Shown here one piece after another: positions 24,950 through 37,603 of a DNA stretch of 64,000 bases. Position numbers and translations under genes: made by a program. Source of the stretch: Octopus sinensis (lineage: Eukaryota); contig NC_043002.1 of assembly GCF_006345805.1 (NCBI RefSeq), forward strand, positions 64,666,001 through 64,730,000, read 5' to 3'. Under the pieces are notes generated by a model that saw only the letters and a program-made list of their open reading frames with translations, searched no databases and was not told where the DNA came from. How positions within the stretch are numbered: the stretch's first letter is position 1; each line of letters starts with the position of its first letter.

Positions 24950-25728
24950 TCGGAGTCGATAAATTAAGTACCAGTTGCGTATTCGAGTCTATCTAATCAA
25001 CGGCTTCCTCTCCCAAAATTTCGAGCCTTGTGCCTAGAGTAGAAAAGAATATCGACGGCAGCAAAAAGGCGGCGAGTTGGCAGAAACGTTAACACACTGG
25101 GCGAAATGCTTAGTGGTATTTCGTCTGTCTTTACGTTCTGTGTTCAAATTCCACCGAAGTAGACTTTCCCTTACATCATTTCGGAGTCGATAAATTAAGT
25201 AGCAGTTGCGTCCTGAGTCGATCTAATCCACTACATCCCCTCTCCAAAATTTCGGGCCTTGTGCCTAAAGTAGAAAAGAATATCATACATATTTCTTTAT
25301 AACCCACAAGGGGCTAAACACAGAGGGGACAAACAAGGACAGACATAGGTATTAAGTCGATTACGTCAACCCCAGTGCGTAACTGGTATTTAATTTATCG
25401 ACCCCGAAAGGATGAAAGGCAAAGTCGACCACGGCGGAATTTGAACTCACAACGTAACGGCACCCGAATATCATACAGCGTATTAAGGCGGTGAGCTGGC
25501 AGAATTGGTAGCACGCCGGATTAATGTTAAACGGCATTTCATCCGTCTTTACTTTCTGAGTTCAAATTCCGCCGAGGCTGGTTTTTCCTTTCCCTCATTT
25601 CATGGTCGATGACATAAATACCATTTGAGTATTGGGGTCGATGTAATTGAATTGAACCTACCCTTCAAATTGCTGGCCTTGTGTTAAAATCTGAAGCAAT
25701 ATCATTATTGTTATTATTATTATTATTA

Positions 25729-25814
25729 TTCAGTAGTTTTATTTTTTATAGCGTGCTTTCACTTCACTACCGAGCGCAGCTCTGTGTGCCTTGGGTATGT
25801 GCTGTGATTTGTTG
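25729..25814 (-). mobile_element. Extreme 3' end of R4/Dong element inside (ATT)n
   Basis: Near-identical to 45763-45845 (TTCAGTAG...CACTTCACTACCGAG.GCAGCTCTGTGT.CCTTGGGTATG). Confidence 0.8.
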
Positions 25815-25834
25815 TTATTATTATTATTATTATT

Positions 25835-25937
25835 GAGTGAGAGAGCAGTTCATGCCATCAAAGTAACACTGGGGTGAAATATACGAAGCCCAATATACCC
25901 ATCATGACTACCCGTCTGATAAGGGTACACCAGGCAC
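25835..25937 (-). mobile_element. 3' end of AAT-tailed non-coding repeat inside (ATT)n
   Basis: Reverse complement of the last ~105 nt of 61381-61855. Confidence 0.85.
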
Positions 25938-26954
25938 TATTATTATTATTATTACTATTATTATTATTATTATTATTATTTTTAATATTATTAAGACAAC
26001 GATCTGGTAGAATCGTAAGCACATCAAGCAAAATGCTTAGCGGTATTCCGTCCGTCTTTACGCTCGGAGTTCAAATTTCACCGAGGTCGACTTTACCTTT
26101 CATCCTTTTTAGCTGTCCTTGTGCCAAAATTTGAAAGCAATAATGTACAACATATCTTTTTATTTGTTTGAAACACGAGTCTCAGATGGCTATCTCATCA
26201 TTTACATGATATCCCTCTTCTCAGAACAAAGGGAATTTACTCTTTGTCGAGAGAATTATGAATATACGCGGCTGCTGAAGTTCACAGATATAGAATCAAA
26301 ATTTACATTCTATCATAACATGTTATCAGTTCAAAGGAATTTTCTTGACGTCAACCTAATTGATTTGATGTTATCAAAATATAAAAAAAGATGGAACAGG
26401 GAACATTGATCGGATTATAGGAACACCTAATTAAAATCGTCTGAAGAGTAGATTCCAGATGACCAAATTGTGATGAACAAAATGATTTTCATCGAAAGTC
26501 TTGTCATTCAGGAATTACCTGGAGCAAAATATCTTTATCAGAATCGTCGTCGGCGTCGTCGTGGTCGTCGTTGTCATCATCATCATCGACAGTAGGAACA
26601 AGAATAGCCAAAAGCAAAAAAAAAGTAATTAATGTAATGAAATCACGATCAATAACAATAATTATAAGGATATTCTGTGTGAATCTAAATTATCTTGCTG
26701 AATATTTAACATCATGCATACCTGCCCTTTTGCGTATTAATTATGAATAGCGCTGCCCTGAGGTATTTTCTACTAGCTTTATTTTTGATGTTTTTAATGA
26801 TTGCTTCTGCATTCATTCTATTCCTATATTTACTCACCATTTTTGAATGCTTTCAATTGTGTAGAAAATAATTTATTATGGGATTCTAACAACATTGAAA
26901 TATCTTCTTGGTGTTTACTTGTTAACTTTGATAACTAGATTCCAAATAAACAGT

Positions 26955-27312
26955 CCACAGTCTGTCTACTCCATGTGAAAGGCCTCTCCGAAAAGATACA
27001 AAAGATATACGGCCCATATGACATCAGGACAGTGTTCAAGAGTAATACAACACTTTGCAAATATCTCCTTTGAGTAAAACCACCAATAGAATAGAGTATG
27101 CCCAAAGACTGCCTGTACTCCATCCTATGTAGCTGTGGTAGTTTATACAAATGCGAAACATGAGACCCCCTTAAAATAAGGATAGACAAACATCGCAAAG
27201 CTGTGACACGAGGAGATATTGATAAATCGGGTATAGCTGATCATATAAGGAAAAATGGAGACCACCTCCCCCTGTGGGATGAAGTTAAAATAATAGACAG
27301 GGAACACCAGTG
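26955..27312 (+). pseudogene. Penelope-like element C-terminal fragment (linker + GIY-YIG endonuclease)
   Basis: HVKGLSEKIQKI...IRTVFKSNTTL...LYSILCSCGSLYKCET*DPLKIRIDKHRKAVTRGDIDKSGIADHI...H...WDEVKIIDREHQW matches the PLE GIY-YIG pattern, with stop codons. Confidence 0.85.
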
Positions 27313-28240
27313 GGAACCAGTGGGTAACCTTCTCTGCTTTGGCCCTAGGGTTCGAGACAATAATTACTATTGCTGTTGTAATAAGTTTTAATTTTATAAA
27401 ATAACAGTCTTTTAGTTGATGGTTTACTGATTTCAGGTGCGGATGCGAAAAGTAAATGGAATTCAGCATGGAAATGTAATCGGCCATTTTTAATAATTCC
27501 CACATCTTTGTAGTAACGATTTAATTTCTGTTGGTTTTTATGTACAAACAACCATATAACCCGAAAATTAAAAAGATAAATTAGACACAGTGGTGACTTT
27601 GTTTGAATTTTTATAACTACATTTGTCACAGTAATTTCTTCATTGAGCTCAATATCCTGCGTGAGCAAATAATAATTTATTAAATAGGTAGATGACCTCA
27701 AACTTAGGGATGTGTTATACTCTAATGTATCGATACGGTATTATACAATTCTTTCTTTATTACATTGAGTTTTCAAGTATGGAAGGCAAAGTCGATCTAC
27801 AATTACATATGGCAGTGGATAATAGAATCGACAAACGTACAGTTTAGTGTCTTGTGGAATATGTTCATTTCATAGAGCAAAATAATCAAAGAATAATAGA
27901 AGTTTGCATGTAAAAAGCCATGAATATGGCTGACACATTTGAAGCAAACTTTACGCCTGTGATTACAGAAAAGTAATGTTTTCAGTCTCACTGGTGCAAT
28001 GTCTTTCTTCCCAGCTGTTATACGTCTCGGTTTACATAGCGGGGAATGCACCTAGTTGGCTGTTTATTCTGACACACACCTGTCAATGCAGCAGTCAACA
28101 AAAATAGCGTATCTTAATTAAGCCTGTGAAGTAAAGCATCTCAAGTTTCTTATGTGACAATTCCACGACAAAATAGTTTTTCTTTTTGACATTTCTAATC
28201 AGTTCATTATATCTTCCTATAAAATAATGTTCTTTATTTC

Positions 28241-28275
<35 letters not shown>

Positions 28276-29296
28276 TTACCCGAGGTTTACACTATAAGTA
28301 GTCAGTATATGTTACATTATTTTTATCTCCATTGTTCACATCTGAAACAATGATGTGATCTGTTAATCGAATTACCGAATAACTCGAAACTCAGGACGAT
28401 TTCTTCTGTTCTCCAGGCCAACCCAATGAAAACAATAATTATGTACACCGTCGATATTCCAAATCCAATTGTGAATATGAGGTGTATAAAGGCGATAGCT
28501 ATCAGACAAATGAAACTGTCTCACTAGGATTTAAAAACAAATAATTCTTACACTCCTCTATTCCCATTTCATCCAGCATACGATAAAGGTGTCAATCAAA
28601 CTCACTTGTGCTAATCTAATAAATGAGATGTTCATGAAGAAAATCGATTGTACAAGTCTTGTGAGGAATAAAAGGCTACTAGACTAACAGCATAATTATT
28701 TTACTGCTGGTAACACAAATGAACGCCTACGTTCAGCTCAACAGATATTCTACACACCTAAACTAAACGAAACACAAGGAGTAAGCAGTTTGTAGTCAAG
28801 TAAATGTGTCCTAAAGCTACCATGCTTGACTATATGACGATTAACTCCCCATCAACTGCTGTTATTCTTCAGTATATAAGTAAGCTTTTTTATATCGGAT
28901 CTCCAGTATTTAAATAGTCAACTATATGCAGAGTCAAACAAGATAAGTGAGATCACCTAACGTGATTCACAAGATCAGATATTCTGAGATTCTTCAAGAT
29001 TATTTGAAATTATCATTCAAACTGTTTCTTCATATGTTATATTTTATAAACAAATTCTTTGCGTGTTACACGTAAGAAAAATTGCCGTTTGGTAATAATA
29101 GTTTATACAACAGCAATACATATCTCTTCGGCATCAGGACCATAAAATACTTCTAAGATGTTCTTAAAATTACTACATGACTATAACCACTGATAATGAC
29201 GCAATCGAATCAGCGCAGCGAGCTTCTAGCTATTTACTATTTTTTTATAAAGATAAAGATAAAGATAGATATTTGAATGCACTTAATATACCTTAT

Positions 29297-29876
29297 AGGC
29301 GCAGGAGTGGCTGCGTGTAACTAGTTTGCCTACCAACCACGTGGTCTCGGGTGGAGTCACACTGCGTGGCATCTTGGAGAGGTATCTTCTACTATAGACG
29401 CGTGCCGACCAAAACCGTGTGAGTGGATTTGGTAGACGGAAACTGAAGGAAAGGTGTCGTATATATGTGTGTCTCTGTGTGTGTGCGCATGTGTGTGTGT
29501 GTGCGTGTGTTTGTCTCCAACACCACTTGACAATCGATGCTGGTGTGTTTACCTCCCCGTAACGTAGCAGTTCGGCAAAAGGCTCCGATAGAATAAGTAC
29601 TAGCCTTACAAAAAAATAAGTCCTAGGGAAGATTTGTTCGACTAAACGCGAAGCTCCAGCATGGCCACAGTTAGATGCCTGGAACAAATAAAAAAATAAA
29701 AGAATACCTTACAGGCGCAGGAGTAGCTGTGTGGTAAGTAGCATGCCTACCAACCACATGGTTTCAGGTTCAGTCCCACTGCGTGGCATCTTGGGCATGT
29801 GTCGTCTACTATAGCCTCGGGCCGACTAAAGCCTTATGAGAAGGATTTGATTGACGGAAACTGAAAGAAAGCAGTC

Positions 29877-29934
<58 letters not shown>

Positions 29935-30088
29935 ATGTGTGTGTGTATGTGTATGTTTATGTGTGTGTGTTTGTCCCCCAACGTCGCTTGACAAACGATG
30001 CTGGTGTGTTTACGGCCCTGTAACTTAGTTGTTCGGCGAAAGAGACCTATAAATTAAGTACTAGGCTTAAAAAGAATAAGTCCTGGGT
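29297..30088 (+). mobile_element. Two head-to-tail SINE family B copies (29297-29703; 29713-30088, 3'-truncated)
   Basis: Both start AGGCGCAGGAGT(G/A)GCTG and carry an internal (TG)n tract. Confidence 0.9.
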
Positions 30089-30221
30089 TGGGATAGGAAA
30101 GCCTTCTTTTTCCTGTCGCGGTCTTATATGCCCCTTTATTAGACTATTTTCCTTAGTCATTTCACGGTGATCGCCATAAGCTTTAAGCTTATATAAAAAT
30201 ACCATTATCATTATTTACAGG

Positions 30222-30329
<108 letters not shown>

Positions 30330-30774
30330 GTACATTCATACACACACACACACTCACGCCTGCGCACACACGCACTTAGGTACCCACAGACACTCATACA
30401 CACACACACATATACATGTAAAGTGGCATTGTGGTAAGAACGATCTTGAAACGTTGCACTAGTAATGTCTTTACAATTTTGTTACAAACGCATGCTTAAT
30501 GAGTCGTGGCAAATCTTAGACAATTAACGTATTACTGCAATGTGCCACACATTAAAAATCGATTGTGTAACTTCATAATAGAAAGCGGTGTATATAGAAA
30601 CTATAGACTCAGTTCATTATAAGTCATCCGTTTCGAATCTTCACATTAAATATTGAATTATAGAACGGTTTTAATGATTTCAATTCTTTCATAATATAAC
30701 TGAAAGCATCTAGGTGATTGTCATACAATACACACCAATATACATACATATATTATGATATATAATTATATATA

Positions 30775-30840
<66 letters not shown>

Positions 30841-31370
30841 AACTCTTTTACTTGTTTCAGTCATTTGACTGTGGCCATGCTGAAGCGCCGCCTTTAGTCG
30901 AGCAAATCGACTCCAGAGCTTATTCTTTGTAAGCCTAGTGCTTATTCTATCGGTCTCTTTTGCCGAATCGCTAATTTAAGAGTATTATATATGATAATAA
31001 AAGTTGAAAAGAAACATAGAATCCATAACAAGGCTCGAGGCAATACCGACTATCCAAAAGTAGAAATCTGCTAAAAACAGCAATCGATATAACTACATAC
31101 ATTATGAGCTATCAAAAGAGATCAAATATAAAAGACTCTACGTTCAACGCCATCCTATACAATTAGCACCTGATAATCTAAAGTGGCATAGCTTAGGCAA
31201 TTAAACAACATAACGGAAAGAAGGTGCATGTGCTCTCCCATTCTTCACAAAAATAAGGACACGATCATATCGCACCTTAGGAACACGTCAGTGCATAAGG
31301 TGATGCAGAAAAATATAGTACGAAGCTACAGAAGAAATAATATCAATGTTAATAAAATTAAAAGTAATAA

Positions 31371-31404
<34 letters not shown>

Positions 31405-31428
31405 TAATATAATAATAATATAATAATA

Positions 31429-31464
<36 letters not shown>

Positions 31465-31490
31465 TAATAATAATAATAATAATAATAATA

Positions 31491-31527
<37 letters not shown>

Positions 31528-31528
31528 T

Positions 31529-31731
31529 ATCCTTTCTACTATAAGCGCAGGGCCTGAAACTTTGGAGGAAGGGACTAGTCAATTACATAGACCCCAGTGC
31601 CTAGCTAGTACTTATTCCATCGATCCCGAATGACGATGAACTGTAATGTCGACCTCGGTAGAATTTGAACTCAGAATGCAAAGAGGGACGAAATGCCGCT
31701 GAGCATTTTGCTCGGCGTGCCAACGATTCCA
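31529..31731 (-). mobile_element. Family-A SINE with long (ATT)n tail on its sense strand
   Basis: Reverse complement has the central GTCGAC/TCGATGGAATAAGTAC block and the GGCCCTGCGCTTATAGTAGAAAGG tail. Preceded on + by (AAT)n at 31360-31527. Confidence 0.75.
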
Positions 31732-33303
31732 CCATTTTCGTTTCTTTGCGACCACAAGATACGAACAGGAAAGAAAAAGGATAGTAAAAAACAAGGGACG
31801 AATGGATCCTAGCAAAATATTTCATGTAATAAGGGTTACAACAATAAAATTCCTTAAAAGTAGGGAGTTCCACCAAGAGCCCGACAAGGAATCTGGTGAC
31901 GCCGATGGCCAAGGATACTTCAGGGAGGAACTTCTCTTCTTCTCGACTCCTCCTGCTTACAAGCATATGGTCCTAGTAAACCCATCCACACGGGCCATCA
32001 TTGACACATTAACCCAATTTCCAATGAAAATACTGAAGCCGGAAATGTCAAGTAGAGCTGACCGAAGAGAAAAGTATCTATCTTCAGCCATTTCGTCGTC
32101 GACTACACTGCCTCTTTCGCTACGGCCTCCTCCGCCGCCGCCAAGAACAACAATAATAACAGCAATAACGAACACAGTAACAGCTTCAACATTTGGTAAG
32201 CTATTTTACGGAAGGTGTGTACACAATTATATCGACCCCAGTACATGACTGACTGTTCATTCTTTTCACGCCCGGAAAAAGAAGAAGAAGAAGAAGAAGA
32301 AGAAGAAGAAGAAGAAAAGAAGAAGAAGAAGAAGAAGAAGAAGAAGAAGAGAAGAAGAAGAAGAAGAAGAAGAAGACAAATAGCGATAAAAATAGAAATA
32401 GTATCTCGAACATAAAATACAATATTAGGAAATTCAAAATGAAGGATAGCAGTATAAGAAATAACGGAGCAAAATAACAACAAAAAGATTTTCGAAAGGA
32501 AACAGTATCGAGTATAACAAACAATAATATGACAAACAATATTATAGGAAACAATAACTAAATAAATTCCAAACAAGAAATAACGACAAAAACACACTAA
32601 ACATAATCTAACAGACAGCAGCTATGAATTAGTTTCCTATCTCATCTAATTGGACTCGAGTATCTAACGAAGCATGTATGACTAATTGTTCTGATCAATC
32701 CAAAAATGTCGCCGGTGGCTGATTTTTACAAGTCGAAACAATAATTTCTTGGTATCTTCGTTTCGATGAAGTTAGTTTAGTTTCTTTTCGTTACGTTTTG
32801 TTTTACCGTTACTGAAACAAACTGATAAAAGGCAGCGTAACTTGATTAAAAGAATTCCTGTCGTATAGATGTAAGATCGACAACGTTAAAGGAAATACAA
32901 TGGAAGATAAAGGGCGGAGGAAAAAAAATTAAATAAATATAAAATGACGAATTTTGCAGAGTGATAAAAAGAAGTGCGTAAATAACAGATATTAAACTTT
33001 AAAAATACCAATAAAATTCGCTTTATAGAAACTATTTCTTACATTGCTATATATATATGTGTGTGTGTGAGTGTATATGTATCGTATACCTGTTTCAGTC
33101 ATTAGACTGCAGCCATGAGGGCGCACTGCCTCAAGGAATATTGAATCGAAATAAATGACGCCAGTACTCGTTTTCCATTTTATGTCTGGAACATATTCTA
33201 CTGTTCTGTCTGCCGAACTGCCAAGTTATGTGGACGTAAACATATCATCAACGGCTGCAAAGTGGTGGTAAGGTACAAACATCGACACAAAGGCTCACAC
33301 ACA

Positions 33304-33349
<46 letters not shown>

Positions 33350-33498
33350 ATATATACGACGGGCTTCTTTATGTGTGCGATAAAGGATACTCTGAAGTAT
33401 TTAAGCAGTGATAAGTGTTTTATGAAATTATATAGTTACGATCAGGCATAGAGTGAACATGGTCTTCAATCCTATGAAACGCTTCATGGTATAGGCGA

Positions 33499-33554
<56 letters not shown>

Positions 33555-33557
33555 ATG

Positions 33558-33593
<36 letters not shown>

Positions 33594-33662
33594 TAATATA
33601 ATAATAATAATAATAATAATAATTACAATAATGATAATAAGGAGGAGGAGGAGGAGGAGAAG

Positions 33663-35676
33663 AAGAATGTGGAGTCTAAAAACAGAAACAATTCCTATCA
33701 TAGTAATCTATACTTAGAAATTGCAAGAGGAGGAAACCAAACTTGCGATGCCATGGATGTGATTCTCGAATATATGAGCCTGTCTGGTATTGCATCGACT
33801 GTTGAGCGATTGCTTGGAGAAAGTACGGCGAAGTGACGGACGGAAGTGACACCATGTGGAAGAAGTTTAAAGACAATAGAAGTCAGGAGAGGCATCTTCC
33901 AAGGGAACTGCCTGTCCCCACTGATCTTTGTACTGTGCATGATACATACCACTAACGCTGATTCTGTGGAAATCAAACGCTAAGTATGTAAGCCAACAAA
34001 ACGTCAACCACTTGTTATCATGGATGACCTCAACCTTAATGATAAAGATGAAACCCAAGTCAATTCCATCGTTGATATGGTGTATACCTTCAGTGCTGAT
34101 ATCAGAATGGAGTTGGGACTGGAAGAGTGTGGCGTGTTAGTCTTAACGAGAAGCAAAATGAAATGTGTGGAGCTAGCGATACAGTCGGGGGGAGTTTATG
34201 AACCAAATAAAAGAGACGGGCTATAAGTACTTGGGGATATTGGAAATAGATAAATTGATGGAGTAAGAAATGACAGAAAACTTTAAGGTAGAGTTCTTGC
34301 GCAGACTTAGACTGATCCTTAAGTCGAAATTATACGGACGGAATAAGATTGAAGCTATCAACGCCTGTGTGGTTTCACTATTTAGATATGGATCAGGGGT
34401 AATCGCATAGACAGTAGACGAATTAAATAGCCTAGACAGAAAGACAAAGTGACACAGACAGACTGTATGTACCAAGAAAATGATGGGGAAGAGGACTGAT
34501 TGGATTCGAACAGAGCATTAGAGCAGAAGAAAACAACATAGCATGGTATGTAGAAATGCCACAGAATCACTATTATTGGACGAAAGGTCAGCTTAGACAG
34601 AAAGACACGGTGCTTGCTGACTAGATATGGGATGCTCCACCCACAATTGACACAGACAGACTGTATGTACCAAGGCAAATTGGGGAGAAAATTGATTGGA
34701 TGCAAACACTGCGTTCCAGCAGCAGAAAACAACATAGCATGGTATATAAAATTGCGACAGAACTACTATTGTTGGAAGTAAGAAGGTCAGGCTTTCGTAG
34801 GGTGGAAGATTGCAAAGATAAAGCACTGGACAAACACTTGAGAATGAATGAAACTGAAAATGAATGGATAAAGAAACGAATGCATGGACAATTTCATAGG
34901 GATGTTGAAGATAAGACATACAGAGTAAAGAGATGGTTATGGATGACTGAAAGTGATTTAAAACTGGAACCGGGGCTCTAATCTGTGCTGCCCAAAAAAC
35001 AAGCATTAAGAACGAATTACATCAAATAGAGAATGGATAACACATGTGAAAGTGATAAGTGTAGAATTTATTGACGAAATGCTGAAACCATATGGCATAT
35101 TATCAGTCAATGTATGTCACTGTCCCAGAAAGAATATAAGAGACGTCATGACAGTACAGCAAGGATTGTCCATTGGACACTTTGCAAAAAGAATGGACTT
35201 GACCGAACAAAAAAGTGGTACGAAAATAACTCCGAAGGCATCATCTAAAATGAATAATAAAAAAAACGTCGGGGACCGGATTTTGTTGTGGTGAATACAA
35301 AAGAAAGGAGCATGTATGATAATCGACATAGCTTGACCCGATGACAACAGGATCAATATGACAGAAGAAAGACCTAACAACTATGACGAGTTGAAGAGGA
35401 AAAAAAGAAGGTTGTGGTCGATGTGGTGAGTAGACGTAATACCAATAATAATAGGCACACTTGGAAGTATCAACATTCAGCTGCCAACATGGCTGAAAAA
35501 ATCGTTGCAAGTGTGAAGGTGGAACACCTACAAAAATGAATATTGCATGGAACTGCAAGAATTCTTCGCAGGATTCTTTAAGCATGACCAGCAAAACAAG
35601 TGTCACCTTAATCTGCTGACTGTAAACAGCTGACACTTTCCATCATACCCAGCAGAATAAGCTCTGAGTTTTCATA
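33663..35676 (+). mobile_element. Decayed R4/Dong-clade element (RT through zinc knuckle and RLE)
   Basis: Frameshifted motifs VRRGIFQGNCLSPLIF, MDDLNL, ELGLEECG, YKYLGILE, DRLYVPR, MHGQF, LICAAQKQALRTNYIK and KRRHDS..RIVHW. Flanked by (AAT)n on both sides. Confidence 0.85.
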
Positions 35677-35695
35677 TAATAATAATAATAATAAT

Positions 35696-35758
<63 letters not shown>

Positions 35759-35964
35759 AAGTGGTAGTAGTAGTAGTATTTGTAGTAGTAGTAGTAGAAG
35801 TAGTAGTAAGATCAGGATAAAAAGAAATACTTATACCGACAATCTTAACAACGCCGCCAGCGTATCCCTGAGAATAGAACATAATCTTTCTACAACTACT
35901 ACTACTACTACTACCACAACCGCCAACGCCACCACCACCAACACTACTGCTACTACTACAACAA

Positions 35965-36016
<52 letters not shown>

Positions 36017-36330
36017 GCAAATATTAATACTACTATTGATAAAAGCGTATATAAAACGAACAAAAGCATATATGGGGGATATTTATGTGACAGACGGAGA
36101 TACAATTCTTATAGATGCTATATTAATGACATTAATAACACCTATAATATCATCCTCAAGGAAAAGGCTGCTACTATAGAATATACTGTATCTGCCCATT
36201 ACAAAGGCAAATGCATTTTTATATAAAACACACAAATATATATAGAGTGGTAGAGTTGGCTATGCGGGGATATGTACCAATGAGTGTATTTACGCGCGCG
36301 TGCGTTTGTGTTTTCTATGCGTGCATAAAT

Positions 36331-36362
<32 letters not shown>

Positions 36363-36385
36363 CCATATATAAACATATGTATAAG

Positions 36386-36446
<61 letters not shown>

Positions 36447-36838
36447 TATTTACACGCACGTATATTTCGATATGTCTTTGAACTATGTTTGGCGAATACG
36501 GTCAAAAGTCAGTTATTATTATTTTTTTATTATTTTTTTTTTGTATTACATTTCTGCCACCTCTCATTTTCCAAATCTAATTTCATCCGTTTTACCGTCA
36601 ATTTAGTTGCATCTTCATATAGCTACTTGTAGTATTATGTGTATACTACATACACTAATATATATGCATTTTATGCTTAAGCAATGAGCAGTTCAAGCAT
36701 ATATATATATGTATATATACACATAACGCACACATACACTCGCACGTATACACACAGTGAGATGCCCACTTACACACATAATATATATATATATATATTA
36801 TATATATATATATATATGCAGATACAACAAAATACACC

Positions 36839-36876
<38 letters not shown>

Positions 36877-37409
36877 TGTATGTTGGTGTGTCTGTGTCTT
36901 AGGCTTGCAAAGAATAAGTCCTGGTGTCCATTTGCTTGACTATAAGCGGTGCTCCAGCATGGCCGCTGTCAACTGATTGAAACAAATGAAAGAGTAAAAG
37001 AATATATATATATATATATATATATATAATACAATCGTATTTCACGATTTGTTTACTTTTCGGTTTAATTTCTTATTCTTGTTCTTTCTTCTATCTGTTT
37101 CATTTTTCTCACCTACTTCCATATGTATGTTTTACTAGAAATGGAATATCAGTCACGTTTCGAAACATCACAAATTTATTGTACTTGTTTGCAAATTATC
37201 ACTAAAAAAAAACTTCGCAGCACATTTACATGTATGATATGTGTGTGTGTGTGTGTTGTGTGTGTTTGTTTGTGTGTGTGTCTGTGTGTGCATCTTTGTG
37301 TGCCTGTGTGTGTTTGTAAGCATATATGTGTTTGTATAGCCATATATAAAATATTTTAGACATGTGTGTGAATGTGGGTTTGTGATTGCATGTCCATTTT
37401 TGAAACAGG

Positions 37410-37503
<94 letters not shown>

Positions 37504-37603
37504 TACATATATGCATATATACATATTTGCATATACATATATGTATATATATATGTATGTACACATATGTATATAGGTATATACATATATATTTTCATAT
37601 CTA

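Larger units (their letters stand above)
24950..26140. mobile_element. Cluster of five family-A tRNA SINEs: 24950-25050(+), 25066-25280(+), 25290-25465(-), 25485-25700(+), 25993-26140(+)
   Basis: Shared AAGGCGGCGAG(C/T)TGGCAGAA head and TTTCATCCTTTCGGGGTCGATAAATTAAGTACCAG-type central block (resembles the MetaSINE domain, from memory). The (-) copy is flanked by a 12-bp TSD GAATATCATACA (25278-25289, 25466-25477). Confidence 0.85.

Noticed and set aside
29436-29460. Hammerhead in SINE B (GACGG-AAA-CTGAAAGA-AG-CCCGTC-type block)
   Set aside because: Core-like words are adjacent, with no room for stems I and III; this is only a small hairpin.
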